A stretch of 64,000 bases of DNA, taken from an uncultured delta proteobacterium. Lineage in GTDB: Bacteria > Myxococcota_A > Polyangia > Polyangiales > Polyangiaceae. The DNA lies in assembly GCA_963841435.1 (NCBI GenBank), contig CAWJCS010000005.1, positions 96,001 through 160,000 on the forward strand. Reading direction: 5' to 3'. Position 1 is the first letter of the stretch. The number at the start of each line of letters is the position of its first letter. The notes below the pieces were generated by a model. It was not told the origin of the DNA. It did not search any database and worked only from the letters and a program-made list of their open reading frames with translations. The translations under genes were made by a program, and so were the position numbers. Below, one piece after another: positions 20,107 through 30,128 of the stretch.

Positions 20107-21869
20107 TTGGCACCTCCCGTCCGGGTGAGAAAGCTCGGCTCTCCGATGACCGCGAGCACGATGTCCTTGATTGAAGCGTGGTCGTTCATGCTCATTCCTT
20201 CGATGCCGTCAACGAGAGCGCGATCACCGCCTGCGATGTCACGCGCCAGCGTGTATTCGGCCAGATGCATGGCGTAACAGCCGTGAACGCTCGGAGCTTC
20301 CGCGAGCAGAGCGGTCAGTCCGGGGGCCCCATCGAACGCGTGCAAGCCGTCCGACAATTCGAGCTCGCTCGAGGTGTCAACCGGCTTGCCGTTGTCGGTC
20401 GTGCGGATCTGGCCGATCGCGTCGAAGTTCTCGAAGGCGAAGCCCACCGGGTTGATGATCGCCCCATGGCAACCCTCGCCGCAGGTTCCCGGGCCCGTGA
20501 ACGCGTTGACGCGCTCGCGATTGGTCTGCCCTGGCGTGATGGTGGGTAAGGGTGGGATCGTGCCGGGCGGCGGCTGGAGCTCGGCGCACATCAAGCGGTT
20601 GATGATGTCAACGCCGCGGTGAATCGGATCCGGATCGTTGAGCGTCGCGTTCAACGAGAGGAAGCCGAGGCGCGTGAGGTAGCCGGGCCGCTCGGGACCG
20701 AGCTGGGTCTCGGTGAGAGCGGACCCGCTTGCCGTGACACCATACAAGGGTGCCGTCGCGGCGTTGACGAACGCGAGCGGCGAAGTCAGGAGCTCCCGCA
20801 CGCCCTGGCCAGCGGCGAAGATGCGATCGAAGAACATCTGATCGGCTAGTTGGAAGTCCGCATTGAGCGCCTGGGTGTAGTTGGGGAAGGCGGTGCGGTT
20901 CTTCTCGATCTGGGCGTAGCGATCGAGGCCCAAAAGCTCGGCGTGATAGCGGCCCAAGGTCGCCTGCCCGGCTGGCTCGGCGAGCATCGCCGTGGCTCGC
21001 GCGAGCACGCCGGCGGTCGTGTCGAGCTCCCCGGCGGCGGCCGCGTCGAGGAGCGCGTCGTCCGGAATGGTGTCGCGCAAAAGGAAGGAGAGCTTCGACG
21101 CCATCTCGTAGCCACCGAGCGGCGCGCCGTCGGTACCGAGCTCCATGCGGTAGAGGAAGTTCGGTGATTGCAGCATGCCCTCGACAATCATGTGCACCCC
21201 GTCCGCGAAGGCGTTGCCGCTCGCGACGAGCGTCACACCGGAATCGAAGACGGTCTGGTACCGCTGCTCTTCGGCGGCCGTCAGCGGGCGGCGGAAGGCC
21301 CTACGTCCGAACGTGCGAATGAACGTCGCCGAATCGGAGACGCCACCCGTGACCCGTGCGAGCGCCTGCGCATCGCCGGCAATCTGGTCAGCCAGCGTCT
21401 CGGCGGCACGCTGATAGTCGAGGCGCAGATCGGAGCTCACGAACAGCGCACGCTCGTTGTTCGAGAACGTGCCGTTCGGAGGATCCGGCGCGAAGCCTTG
21501 GGACAGCCCGGGAGTCGCGGAAAGGCCGAGCAGGTCGCGAACGCTCGCCTCCCATTGCGAAGCCGTCAGGCGAACGAAGCGAAAATAGTCGGGCGTGCCG
21601 GCGAGATCGATCCCCGAGCTCGTCGTACCCCCGGTCCCACCGAGCCCCGTGCCAGCGGAGCCCGCCGCAGCACCCGAGCTGCCCCCCGTGGCACCGGTTC
21701 CACCCGCCACCTGCGTCGTCCCGGCGCTGCCGCCCGTTCCCACGCCGCTCGAGGCGCCGCTGCCGGGCCCGCCCGCCTGTCCCCCGTCGATCGTCGCCGT
21801 GCAACCGAGGGCAAGCGCCAAAGGCAACAGCAGCAATCCGACGCGACGACCCGAGGTTGGTTTCGACAT
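20103..21869 (-). CDS. DUF1592/1595/1587/1588/1585 lipoprotein (pair 1) with CxxxCH
   Basis: Lipobox ALGC; Gly tether; RLT..Q...VRDL, FGRRAFRRPL, LQSPNFLYR, EMASKLSF, PIHRG, CGEGCH and GFAFENFDAIG. Confidence 0.88.
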   Translation of the reverse strand: MSKPTSGRRVGLLLLPLALALGCTATIDGGQAGGPGSGASSGVGTGGSAGTTQVAGGTGATGGSSGAAAGSAGTGLGGTGGTTSSGIDLAGTPDYFRFVRLTASQWEASVRDLLGLSATPGLSQGFAPDPPNGTFSNNERALFVSSDLRLDYQRAAETLADQIAGDAQALARVTGGVSDSATFIRTFGRRAFRRPLTAAEEQRYQTVFDSGVTLVASGNAFADGVHMIVEGMLQSPNFLYRMELGTDGAPLGGYEMASKLSFLLRDTIPDDALLDAAAAGELDTTAGVLARATAMLAEPAGQATLGRYHAELLGLDRYAQIEKNRTAFPNYTQALNADFQLADQMFFDRIFAAGQGVRELLTSPLAFVNAATAPLYGVTASGSALTETQLGPERPGYLTRLGFLSLNATLNDPDPIHRGVDIINRLMCAELQPPPGTIPPLPTITPGQTNRERVNAFTGPGTCGEGCHGAIINPVGFAFENFDAIGQIRTTDNGKPVDTSSELELSDGLHAFDGAPGLTALLAEAPSVHGCYAMHLAEYTLARDIAGGDRALVDGIEGMSMNDHASIKDIVLAVIGEPSFLTRTGGAK

Positions 21870-22173
21870 AGTCACCTGATTGGCTCCCGGCATCGATGTC
21901 CGCTCGAGCGGAACGTTTGGTTCTCGAGAGAGGAGGAGTCCGATGCTCCAACTATAAAGGGAGGCTTCGTCGCCCAAGCGCGCTCACAAATAAACCTTCG
22001 GTATCATTGAAAAAATGAGTACGGATTCGCTTCTCGTTGAATCCCGAACTGAGTCGTCCGTGGCCGTCCGATCACCGACCTTCGACTACGTCGGACGACA
22101 TCCACCCACCCGCTTCGGATCGTTCGGGCGAGCGTTTCGGCGGCCGAGCGGACCGTCGAGGCGCTCCCGAACG

Positions 22174-22737
22174 TCACTGGCTCGCGCCGTCGTTCATGCA
22201 CTGGGCGAGCGCGGGGTCGCGGCTCGCGAGATTCTTGAAGCGCGTTCGTGCTCTCGACAGGCGGCGCCGCACCGTGATGACGGAGCAGCCGGCCGCGGCT
22301 GCCATGGTGCCGAGCGTCGCGGGGCTGAACCAGTACGTCGCGAGGAGGGCGCGATCGGGAGGCGGCAACCGATTCATGACGCGAATGGCGCGCGACGCGA
22401 GGTCTCGCTCGTCGGTCTCGATCTGGAACGACGGCCGTAGCTGCTCCGGCACGGTCTCGAGCGAGGCGTGCCGACGATGGCGTCGGTGCCGCATCGTGCT
22501 CCTCAGGGTGTTCATCGTCACTTGGGCCACCCAGGCGTCGAGGCAAGCCGGATCGCGCAGCGTTTCGACGCCACGAATGACCGACATCAGCACTTCCTGC
22601 ACCAGATCCTCGTGCTCGTCGTCCTGACCGAGGACGGCCTTGACGTGGCGCGCGATCTTCTTGGCGTAGCGAGCATGCAGGTGCTCGGCCGTCAGCACGG
22701 CTTCGATCTGGGGGGGGTTGACGAGGGCGGCGGACAT
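22174..22737 (-). CDS. Orphan ECF sigma factor (no adjacent anti-sigma)
   Basis: EHEDLVQEVL, LRDP..LDAWV and GCSVITVRRRLSRAR. Confidence 0.85.
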   Translation of the reverse strand: MSAALVNPPQIEAVLTAEHLHARYAKKIARHVKAVLGQDDEHEDLVQEVLMSVIRGVETLRDPACLDAWVAQVTMNTLRSTMRHRRHRRHASLETVPEQLRPSFQIETDERDLASRAIRVMNRLPPPDRALLATYWFSPATLGTMAAAAGCSVITVRRRLSRARTRFKNLASRDPALAQCMNDGASQ

Positions 22738-22774
22738 CTCGTGACTAGCTCCCTGCAGCGCTGTTCCCGCAGCA

Positions 22775-22790
22775 CGCAATTAGCAGGCCG
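22775..22790 (-). promoter_or_regulatory. Putative sigma54 -24/-12 promoter
   Basis: CGGCCTGCTAATTGCG on the minus strand (GG-N10-GC with TTGC), 38 nt upstream of the ECF start. Confidence 0.6.
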
Positions 22791-23261
22791 TTCATCCGCG
22801 ATCCTTCGCGGTCTTGCGAGCGCTCGACATCAGATTTCACGACGTGCATGACTCCGCGTGTGGAAACGTCGCTCTTAACCTATTCCCGGCTAGCGACGCA
22901 CTGATCTGCAATGTCTCGCGAACGCCTCGACGCGTTCCGAGCGGCACGTCGATCGAAATCCGCATTTCGTGTTGACTCGATCCGCTCACGGACCGCCGCG
23001 ACACGACGAGACGCTTCTCCCTGAGGGCGACGCGTTTGGCGTCGGTGCCGGCGGAACGATGCGGACGCGACTGAAGCTGCACCAATGATACCCACGCGCG
23101 AGGGCCCAAGAACGGTCCACGAAAATGTCCCTGGTGCGGAGCACGCCGGATCTGGATCGCGAATATTCGTCTTTGCGTCAGGGACGCACACACGTCAGCC
23201 GCCGCCCCGCTCCGGCCACGTCGGCTGGTGGGCGTCGATTTTTGGCTCGAAAGGGCTCGGC

Positions 23262-24645
23262 TCAGGCCTGGATGCCGGGCAACGCCGCCGTGACGCGTCC
23301 GCCGTCGAGACCGAGCTCGGTCTGCGTCGAGCCCATGATCTGCGCGGCCGTGAGGAGCGCTCGGCTCAGGTTCTCACCCGGAAAGTTGAAGTGCTCGTCG
23401 CCGCGTAGCCGGCCAGCTGCCTTCCCCGCGAGGAGCACCGGCCACTCCTCCTTCGTGTGCGTCTTACCCCAGGCGGTGTCGGAGGTGACGTAAACGAGCG
23501 TGTCGTCGAGCAGGGTCGAGCTACCGTGCGGAGTGTTCTTGAGGTTCACCAAGAATTCGTTCAGGCACTTCATCGCGTAGAGAACGCCGGTGTCGACGCG
23601 AGGCTGATTGGATTGATCTCCGGCGTCACCGTGACAGATGGTGTCGTGGAAATCGTCGTTCATGTTCGATGCGAGGTGCCGGTAGTACACGTGCGCCGCG
23701 GGTAGCGAGAACATGAACGTGGCGACGCGCGTCTTCTCGCAGGCGAGGGCGAGCGTCGTGAGCTCGGCCATGGCGGAGTTCACGGCAGGGGGAGCCTCGC
23801 TCTTCGAATCGGGGCCGACGCCGGGAGCCATCGCGCTGCCGCACGCCGCTGGCAGCGTGCCGCCCGTCGTGGGCATCGTGTCGAGGCGCAGCTCGATGGC
23901 TCGGATCGCCTCGAGGTGCTGCTCCACGCGCGCCTTGTCGGCGGCTCCGAGGCGCTGCTCGAGACTCGCGCCGTCCTCGAGAATGGCATCGAGCACGCTC
24001 TTTCGGACTCTCGCAAGCTTGGCGGCGGGATCGTCCGTACCCGTCGTGGGAGGGGGCGTGCTGCCACCCGTGAACAAGCGATTGAACACGGCCTTTGGAT
24101 CGAACTCGGGGTTCAGACGCGCGTTCGGCCCACGGTGCGACACGGTGTGCAGCGAGTCCGGATTGCCGTTCGGCGTGGCAGGCGTCACGCCCACCTCGAG
24201 CGAGCGGTAGGGCGCCCCCGTGGAAATGAGAATCCGCGACGACCTGATCGATGGACGCAGCTCGGACGGCGTTGCCGTTGAGCGGCGCGCCGGTCGTGGC
24301 CGCCGCCGACCCCGTCGGATGCTCGTTCCCGGAAACCACGAGCTTGCCCTGGAGTCCCGAGAGCACGGTGAGGTACGACTTGACCTCCACGAGCGGCTGG
24401 AGCTGTGGGCTGAGCTGCCACGCCGATCCGGAGCCCGTGCTGGTCGGCTTCCAGAGACCGGGGAGCGAGCCGTTCCCGAAGAACCAGGTCACGAACAGCG
24501 GCGTGAGGGCCGTGTTCGTCTGCGCGAGCGCCGTGCCGTTCTCGTTCAACATGGCATCCAAGAGCGGGAGCGGAATGGTGACGGCGGCACCCGTCGCAAG
24601 CATGCCCCGAAGAACGGTGCGTCGGTCCAAAGCTTTGATCGTCAT
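23262..24645 (-). CDS. DUF1552 protein, Tat-exported (pair 2); apparent frameshift ~24232
   Basis: DRRTVLRG..LPLLDAM; SIDQVVAD|LISTG..YRSLEVG after removing one base; RKSVLD, VEQHLEAIRAIE and FHDTICH. Confidence 0.85.
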
Positions 24646-24662
24646 CGAAATTGCCGTTCGGA

Positions 24663-26546
24663 CTAGGGTTGCGGTGCGACGGAGGAGAACGCGTCGCTCG
24701 TCACTATGTCGAGCACGAGGTCGCGCAGCTGGAAGCCAGACGCCTGGAACGATGCGGCGAGGTCGTTCACGACGCTGCCGTCGACGTCGCGTTCCTCGTA
24801 GCCGAGCGCGTAGGAGTAGTACTTCCGGACCATGCACTGAGCGACCTCGAGGCTCGAGGCGACCGCGAAGCCCAGCTCACGAGCGTCGGCCACCGGCTGC
24901 CCCTCGAAGTCGCCGCTCGGGTCGATGGGCAAGCCGTGGTCGGTCGTGCGATAGCGGCCAATCGCATCGAAGGACTCGAGCGGCAGCCCCAGAGGGTCCA
25001 TCATCGAATGACAGCCCGCGCACGTGGGGTTTGAGCGGTGCATCTCGAGCTGCTGGCGCTTCGTCATGGGCTGGTCAACGGGCGGGTCCTCGAGCACGGG
25101 GACGTTGCCGGGGGGCGGCTCGACGGGCGTGCACAGGAGCGCCTCACGGATGAACTTGCCGCGCAACGTGGGGGACCCAGCCTTCTGGTTCGCAAACGCG
25201 GAGGCGAAGCCTGCCTTGCTGAGCAGGCCCAGGCGCGGGCCGTCCGCCGGCAACGAGCGCACGGCGAAGGTGCTCGCGGTGAGACCCGTCGTGTCGATGC
25301 CGTAAAGCTGCGCAAGGTCGAGGTTGACGACGACCTTCGGGGTCGAAAAAACGTCCATCGCGCTCGTGCGGTCGTCGAACGCGAGGACCTCCCACACGTC
25401 TCGCATGTCGCGGACCATCGCGGCCTGCAGCGCAGGGCCGTATTCCGCGAAGAGCGACGCGTCCTTGGCCTGCGTCGCGATGCGATCGAGCCGCAGGTAC
25501 TCCTCGGCGAAGGCGCCGACGGACTCGCGCCCCGCCGGCGCCTCGAGCAGCCGCGCGGCGGCGTTTCGAATGCCATCGGGCGTCGCAAGAGCACCGCTCG
25601 CGGCCTCGTCGAGCAGCGTTTCGTCGGCCAGGCTGTTCCACACGAGGAACGCCAGCCTCGACGCCGTCTCGTAGCCCGTGAAGCGCAGCGCCCCGCCCGT
25701 GCTCGGGGCTCCGAGCTCCGCGCGATAGAGGAAGTTCGGCGACGTGAAAAGCTCCACCGTCGCCCAGCGTACCCCCTCGATGGCACTCCCGAGCTCGGAC
25801 GTGGCGTTCTCGGCGACCGCCATGAGTCGGTCGACCTCGGCCGTTTCGAGTGGGCGCCGCCACGCGCGACGCCCCATGGACTGGACGAATCCACGGACGC
25901 ACGCGTCGTTCGTGCCGGTGCCCGGCGTGCAGCCGATGAACGCGGCTTGCCTGGCCGCGTCCGCCAACACGGTGTCCACGGCGCTCTCGATGGCGGTGTG
26001 GTACTGCTCGACGCCCCGCTCGGACGTGACGACGGTCGAGGCGCCGATGACGGCAAAATTCCCGTTGTAGCTGTCGGTGTCGAGCTCGCTCGTGTCGACA
26101 TCGACACCGAACACGTCGCGCACGGCGTTGCGGAACTGATTTCGCGTCAGCCGGCGCAGCAATCCCGGCGCGGCCTGGAAGGGCGGAGGGTTTTGATAGA
26201 CGGGCGGCGCGCCAGCCGTCGCGCCCGTGCCGGCAGAGCCCGTCGCTCCACTTCCACCACCGCTCGCTGCGCCGGACCCCGCCGAGCCCGCGGGCCCGGT
26301 ACCGCCTTGACCGGGTGCGCCCCCGGCTGCGCCCGCTCCGCTCGCGGACGCTCCCGCGGCGCTGCCGGCACCGCTGCCGGCAGGAGTGGTCCCATCCCCG
26401 CCCGACGACGCACCATCGACGGTGCCCGTGCACCCGATCCCCAAGAGGCACGCCGCCATGCCGGCCAGGCCGCGTGAGGGCCGCCCGCGGGAATCGAGCG
26501 TGATCCGACCCGCAACGCCGGGTCGGTCGGAGCTGTCCGTCACCAT
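24663..26546 (-). CDS. DUF1592-family lipoprotein (pair 2) with CxxCH
   Basis: Lipobox LGIGC; Gly tether; RRLTRNQF, GRRAWRRPL, SPNFLYR, SPTLRG, CAGCH and DPLG..ESFDAIG. Confidence 0.88.
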   Translation of the reverse strand: MVTDSSDRPGVAGRITLDSRGRPSRGLAGMAACLLGIGCTGTVDGASSGGDGTTPAGSGAGSAAGASASGAGAAGGAPGQGGTGPAGSAGSGAASGGGSGATGSAGTGATAGAPPVYQNPPPFQAAPGLLRRLTRNQFRNAVRDVFGVDVDTSELDTDSYNGNFAVIGASTVVTSERGVEQYHTAIESAVDTVLADAARQAAFIGCTPGTGTNDACVRGFVQSMGRRAWRRPLETAEVDRLMAVAENATSELGSAIEGVRWATVELFTSPNFLYRAELGAPSTGGALRFTGYETASRLAFLVWNSLADETLLDEAASGALATPDGIRNAAARLLEAPAGRESVGAFAEEYLRLDRIATQAKDASLFAEYGPALQAAMVRDMRDVWEVLAFDDRTSAMDVFSTPKVVVNLDLAQLYGIDTTGLTASTFAVRSLPADGPRLGLLSKAGFASAFANQKAGSPTLRGKFIREALLCTPVEPPPGNVPVLEDPPVDQPMTKRQQLEMHRSNPTCAGCHSMMDPLGLPLESFDAIGRYRTTDHGLPIDPSGDFEGQPVADARELGFAVASSLEVAQCMVRKYYSYALGYEERDVDGSVVNDLAASFQASGFQLRDLVLDIVTSDAFSSVAPQP

Positions 26547-26554
26547 GCACGTTC

Positions 26555-26582
26555 ACACTCCGGCGGGGGTCAAAACGGTCCA
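26555..26582 (-). promoter_or_regulatory. Candidate ECF promoter, class I copy 1
   Basis: TGGACC-N16-GAGTGT, just upstream of the DUF1592 ATG. Confidence 0.5.
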
Positions 26583-26653
26583 AAAATGCGCCACGAGGCC
26601 CCAGAGGGGCCCGTGGGGCGGCCCCCCGACGGAGAAAGCGCCCCGGGACGAGC

Positions 26654-27661
26654 TCAGAATCGCGCCGCTACGCCTAGGGCGCTCGAAAGCATCATCCCGC
26701 GCGCGCCCGAAATCGCCCGCCCGTTGTCGCGAATCTGGATCGAGTGGAGGGCACCGCCCACGGCGGCGCGGAACGTGGCGGAAAATGGGCCTGACAGGGC
26801 GACGAAGGCCGTCGTCGTCCCCGCGACGCTCACGACGCCTGCATCGCCGCCCCCATAGCTTGCGCCAGCGCCCGAGACCGCGGTGTAGCGCAGCCAGTCC
26901 CCTCCGAGCCTCGCGCCAAACGATACCCCCGCGCGGCGCCAGCCCGGCGTGGCGTCGAGAGCAAGGCCCACGCCGGAGGCCAGCCCGTATCCCGATAGCT
27001 TCCCGCTCGCGAGCGCGGTGGAGCGGGTCTTTCTGCCTCCGAGCTCGAGCTCCGCGATCAGAAAGCGGCCAAGGTGAACGCGGCCACTTAGATCGGCACC
27101 AAAAAGCAGCTCCCCGCCCGTCCAGCCCGAGGCGATCGCATGGGCGCCGACCTCGACGCGCCACGAAGGAGGCGCCGGCTCGACGCGCGCGGGCTCTTCG
27201 AGCGGAGTCGGCTCCGGGGGCGGGGCAACGCTCGGAGCGCTTGGCTCGGACGCCTGCTCGAGGTCGACGCGACGAATGAGCTCCGCAATGGCGAGCGCGA
27301 GCTCGCGCGCCTTGGCATCACGATCCTTGCCCCCGGAAGCGCTGAGATCGATGCCGCGCACGGTGACGCGACCGCGCGCCCGGTCCGTGAGGCGAACCTC
27401 TTGACCCTCGGCGGCACACGCCACGGCAACGTCCAGCCTTTCGAGCGCCGTGCGCCCGTGCCAGGTGCCAAGCTCGATCTCGACCAGGCGTCGGACCTCT
27501 TCGGTGTCGACCTGGACGCACGGGTCGATGGTGATCGGCGGCGGCAACGCCGCCTCGGCTCCCGTGGCGAGGAGCAAGACCGAGAGCGCGATCACGACGC
27601 CCCGGCCCTCCGCCGGCCGGACACGGCGCAGGCGAGGACGTGACCACTTTGCGGACACCAA
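26654..27661 (-). CDS. Secreted protein: N-terminal domain, Pro-rich linker, probable small C-terminal beta-barrel
   Basis: Signal (..TGAEA); ARELALAIAEL helix; Pro-rich linker; Gly-rich amphipathic strands ending in LGVAARF. Confidence 0.65.
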   Translation of the reverse strand: MVSAKWSRPRLRRVRPAEGRGVVIALSVLLLATGAEAALPPPITIDPCVQVDTEEVRRLVEIELGTWHGRTALERLDVAVACAAEGQEVRLTDRARGRVTVRGIDLSASGGKDRDAKARELALAIAELIRRVDLEQASEPSAPSVAPPPEPTPLEEPARVEPAPPSWRVEVGAHAIASGWTGGELLFGADLSGRVHLGRFLIAELELGGRKTRSTALASGKLSGYGLASGVGLALDATPGWRRAGVSFGARLGGDWLRYTAVSGAGASYGGGDAGVVSVAGTTTAFVALSGPFSATFRAAVGGALHSIQIRDNGRAISGARGMMLSSALGVAARF

Positions 27662-27672
27662 TCCCTGATTTC

Positions 27673-27700
27673 ATACTCGCGAGCTAGAAGAGTCGGTTCA
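27673..27700 (-). promoter_or_regulatory. Candidate ECF promoter, class I copy 2
   Basis: TGAACC-N16-GAGTAT upstream of the barrel gene. Confidence 0.5.
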
Positions 27701-27843
27701 AAATAACGACGGCGGGCGCCAGCGCCCGGAGCGTCTCGGAGGTCCGTGGCGCTTTCGACGGGCGTGGCAAAGCGCCGGCCCGGCCGCCGGGCTCGGGCGT
27801 CCGCTGACACGCCCTCGCTAGGTCTTTGCCTGGGAGCGGAAGG

Positions 27844-29013
27844 TCACGGACGCCCGACCAGGCGCTCGAGCATCGCAAGGTGCCTGCCTTGCGGGTAGCT
27901 TCTGCGGTAGCGCTCGACCTCGACGCTCGCGCGCGAAAGCTCGCCCGCGCGATACCAGGCCTCCACCGTGCGTGCCACGGCGTCCTCGGCAAGGTTTCCT
28001 CGTGGTGCGAGCGCCTCCGCCTTCGCGAAAGCGAGCGCAGACTCGCGCGGCCTCCCGAGCTCGTTCATGAGCACCCAGCCGAGCGTGAACGCGGCCGACG
28101 GAGCCCGGGGGTCACTCGCGTGGCCGACGAGCATCTTGCGCAGTAGCTTGGCTGCCTCGTCCGGATGACCCGACAAGCGCGCGACGTCGGACGCGAGAAG
28201 CAAGTCGCCCGGCTCGTCGCGAACGTCGCTGAACGCCGCGGGAACCAACAGCTCGAAGGCACGCCGATGCTTCCCGGCGCGCGCGAGCTCGCGCCAATCA
28301 GAGGAAGACGCCTGCTCGGCGGCGACCCGCGTCGCTTCCTTGCTCGACGCGACGCGCGACGCCTCCCCTGCCTTGGGGAGCGCTTGGTCGGAGACGACCG
28401 CGGAGGAGGCGACGGCCGCATAGGTCCCGCTCTCGCCACCGCGAAGCGTCGCGGTCTCGAGCGCCCCTCCCTCACCAGGAAATGAAACCGCGACGGAGCC
28501 TTCGGTCACGGCGACGCGCACGACGTCGCCCTGCTTTTCAACGTCGAAGACGGTACCGAGATCGTCGACCTCGACTTCGGCCGCTCGCACGCGAAAAAGG
28601 CGGTGTGGATCGTGTCGAACTCGAAAGTGCGCGCTGCCCGCAGCGACCCCGACGACGACGAGCGAGTCGGTCTGCTCGCGAACCTCGACGCTCGAGCCGC
28701 GGGTGAAGCGCATCTCCGTGCCGTCGCCGAGTGAGACGCGCTCCAAGCCGGCTGCGACCGCCCGGGGCTCGTTCGCCGTCGGCAGAGCAGCGGGCTTCAG
28801 CGCGCGGAAGGCAACGATCATCAGCCCGAACGCGGCGGCGAAGGCCAGCGCGGCTCGGCCGACCGTCATCCCGCGCCGCAGCGAGGGTCGAGCGCCGGGC
28901 CTCTTGCGCAAGAGCTCGAGCCACGCGTCTTCGACGCGACGGGCGTCCCATGCGCGCATTTGCAACTGGCGCTTGAGCGCCTCGATGTGCTCGTTCATGG
29001 TGAGCTCGCTCAT
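27844..29013 (-). CDS. FecR-domain anti-sigma factor with TPR-like C-terminus (paralog of 16535-17705)
   Basis: TM helix; FecR core (HFRVRHDPHRLFRV..DLGTVFDV..VTEGSV); DPRAPSAAFTLGWVL...GNLAEDA; ATGA coupling. Confidence 0.9.
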   Translation of the reverse strand: MSELTMNEHIEALKRQLQMRAWDARRVEDAWLELLRKRPGARPSLRRGMTVGRAALAFAAAFGLMIVAFRALKPAALPTANEPRAVAAGLERVSLGDGTEMRFTRGSSVEVREQTDSLVVVGVAAGSAHFRVRHDPHRLFRVRAAEVEVDDLGTVFDVEKQGDVVRVAVTEGSVAVSFPGEGGALETATLRGGESGTYAAVASSAVVSDQALPKAGEASRVASSKEATRVAAEQASSSDWRELARAGKHRRAFELLVPAAFSDVRDEPGDLLLASDVARLSGHPDEAAKLLRKMLVGHASDPRAPSAAFTLGWVLMNELGRPRESALAFAKAEALAPRGNLAEDAVARTVEAWYRAGELSRASVEVERYRRSYPQGRHLAMLERLVGRP

Positions 29014-29597
29014 GACTTATTCTCCACCTCGCGCGTGATGGCCGAGAGCCCGCGGGCAACGCGCCCGTCCGCCGCTTGGATGCGCCGTTTCGCGGTCGAG
29101 AGCGACCACCCGCAGAGCTTGGCCACGCTCTGCACCGTCTCCTCCTGAACGTGGCGAAGCACCCAGGCGATGCGCAGCTCGACGGGAATCTTGTCGAGAA
29201 TCCCGTAGAGCTTGTTCACCATCTCTCGATGCTCGGGGAGAACACTCGGCGCTGCGATCCGGTCGAACTCCGGCTCGTCCATCCGAAACAGGAGCCGCGT
29301 GAGTCTCCTGCGACGCAGGCGCGTACGCGCCAGCCGAATCGCAATCGTCATCAGCCACGGCCGTGCCCCCTCTCGATCTTCCAGTCGTTCGAGAGCGCGC
29401 CAGGCCCGGACGAAAACGTCTTGAACCAGATCGTCGGCTTCCTCGACGCTCTGAAGCATCGCCACTCCGAGGGATGCGATGGCCGGCGCGTGCCGGCGAA
29501 ACAGCTCCTCGATGCCGAGCGGATAGCCTGGCGCGGGGGGGGTCCTGGCGGGCTCCCCCGCGTCGACCAGGTGCGGGCGCCGCATGGCCACAGGCAT
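29010..29597 (-). CDS. ECF sigma factor (copy B, paralog of 15951-16538)
   Basis: Same motifs as copy A; about 80% identical over the core by manual alignment. Confidence 0.92.
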   Translation of the reverse strand: MPVAMRRPHLVDAGEPARTPPAPGYPLGIEELFRRHAPAIASLGVAMLQSVEEADDLVQDVFVRAWRALERLEDREGARPWLMTIAIRLARTRLRRRRLTRLLFRMDEPEFDRIAAPSVLPEHREMVNKLYGILDKIPVELRIAWVLRHVQEETVQSVAKLCGWSLSTAKRRIQAADGRVARGLSAITREVENKS

Positions 29598-29615
29598 GAC
29601 GAGCAGATACATACA

Positions 29616-29643
29616 AAACGCTTCAGCCGGAAAAAGTGGCTCA
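29616..29643 (-). promoter_or_regulatory. Candidate ECF promoter, class I copy 3 (autoregulatory)
   Basis: TGAGCC-N16-GCGTTT upstream of ECF copy B. Confidence 0.5.
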
Positions 29644-30038
29644 GAAAAGAAAAGGGCCAGGTTTCCGTCTCACGTTGGGCTTGATCGCAAGACCGCTCGA
29701 CGCCGCCACTCGGAGAGCACGCCGCAGCGAAACAGAAGCGACCAGCGATTCGACTTCAGACGTTCCCGACTTCGCGTTTGCGTCGCATGCGTAAGGGTGT
29801 CCACTCGGCGAAGCAACATCCGAGTCTCTGGCTTCGTGTTTGCGTCGAGTGACGAGCGCTGTTGCTCAACGCGCCAAACAGTTGACAACGCGCGCGTTCC
29901 CCGTCGCGCGAGCTTCGATCGTTCGAAGAAGATCGTTCAAGCGGCATGTAGCAGCATGTAAGCAAGCGCGGCTCGTACCCAGCGACGACGAATCTGTCGT
30001 GAGCGATTTCCACGTGCGAGCAATTGTTGAAGCTTGCT

Positions 30039-30054
30039 GCGAAAGCGCTTCAGC
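30039..30054. promoter_or_regulatory. LacI-like pseudo-palindromic operator candidate
   Basis: GCGAAAGCGCTTCAGC; close match to 49719-49734. Confidence 0.4.
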
Positions 30055-30128
30055 AACAGAAAAACAAACGAGCGCACGCCTCGTCGGCTTGCATCAGTAC
30101 TCGGTGTGATATCATGATGAACATCAGC

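Noticed and set aside
29650-30110. Lower-GC intergenic region as a possible ncRNA or riboswitch
   Set aside because: Only short hairpins and operator-like repeats were seen, with no recognisable RNA family; an Rfam/Infernal search would be needed.
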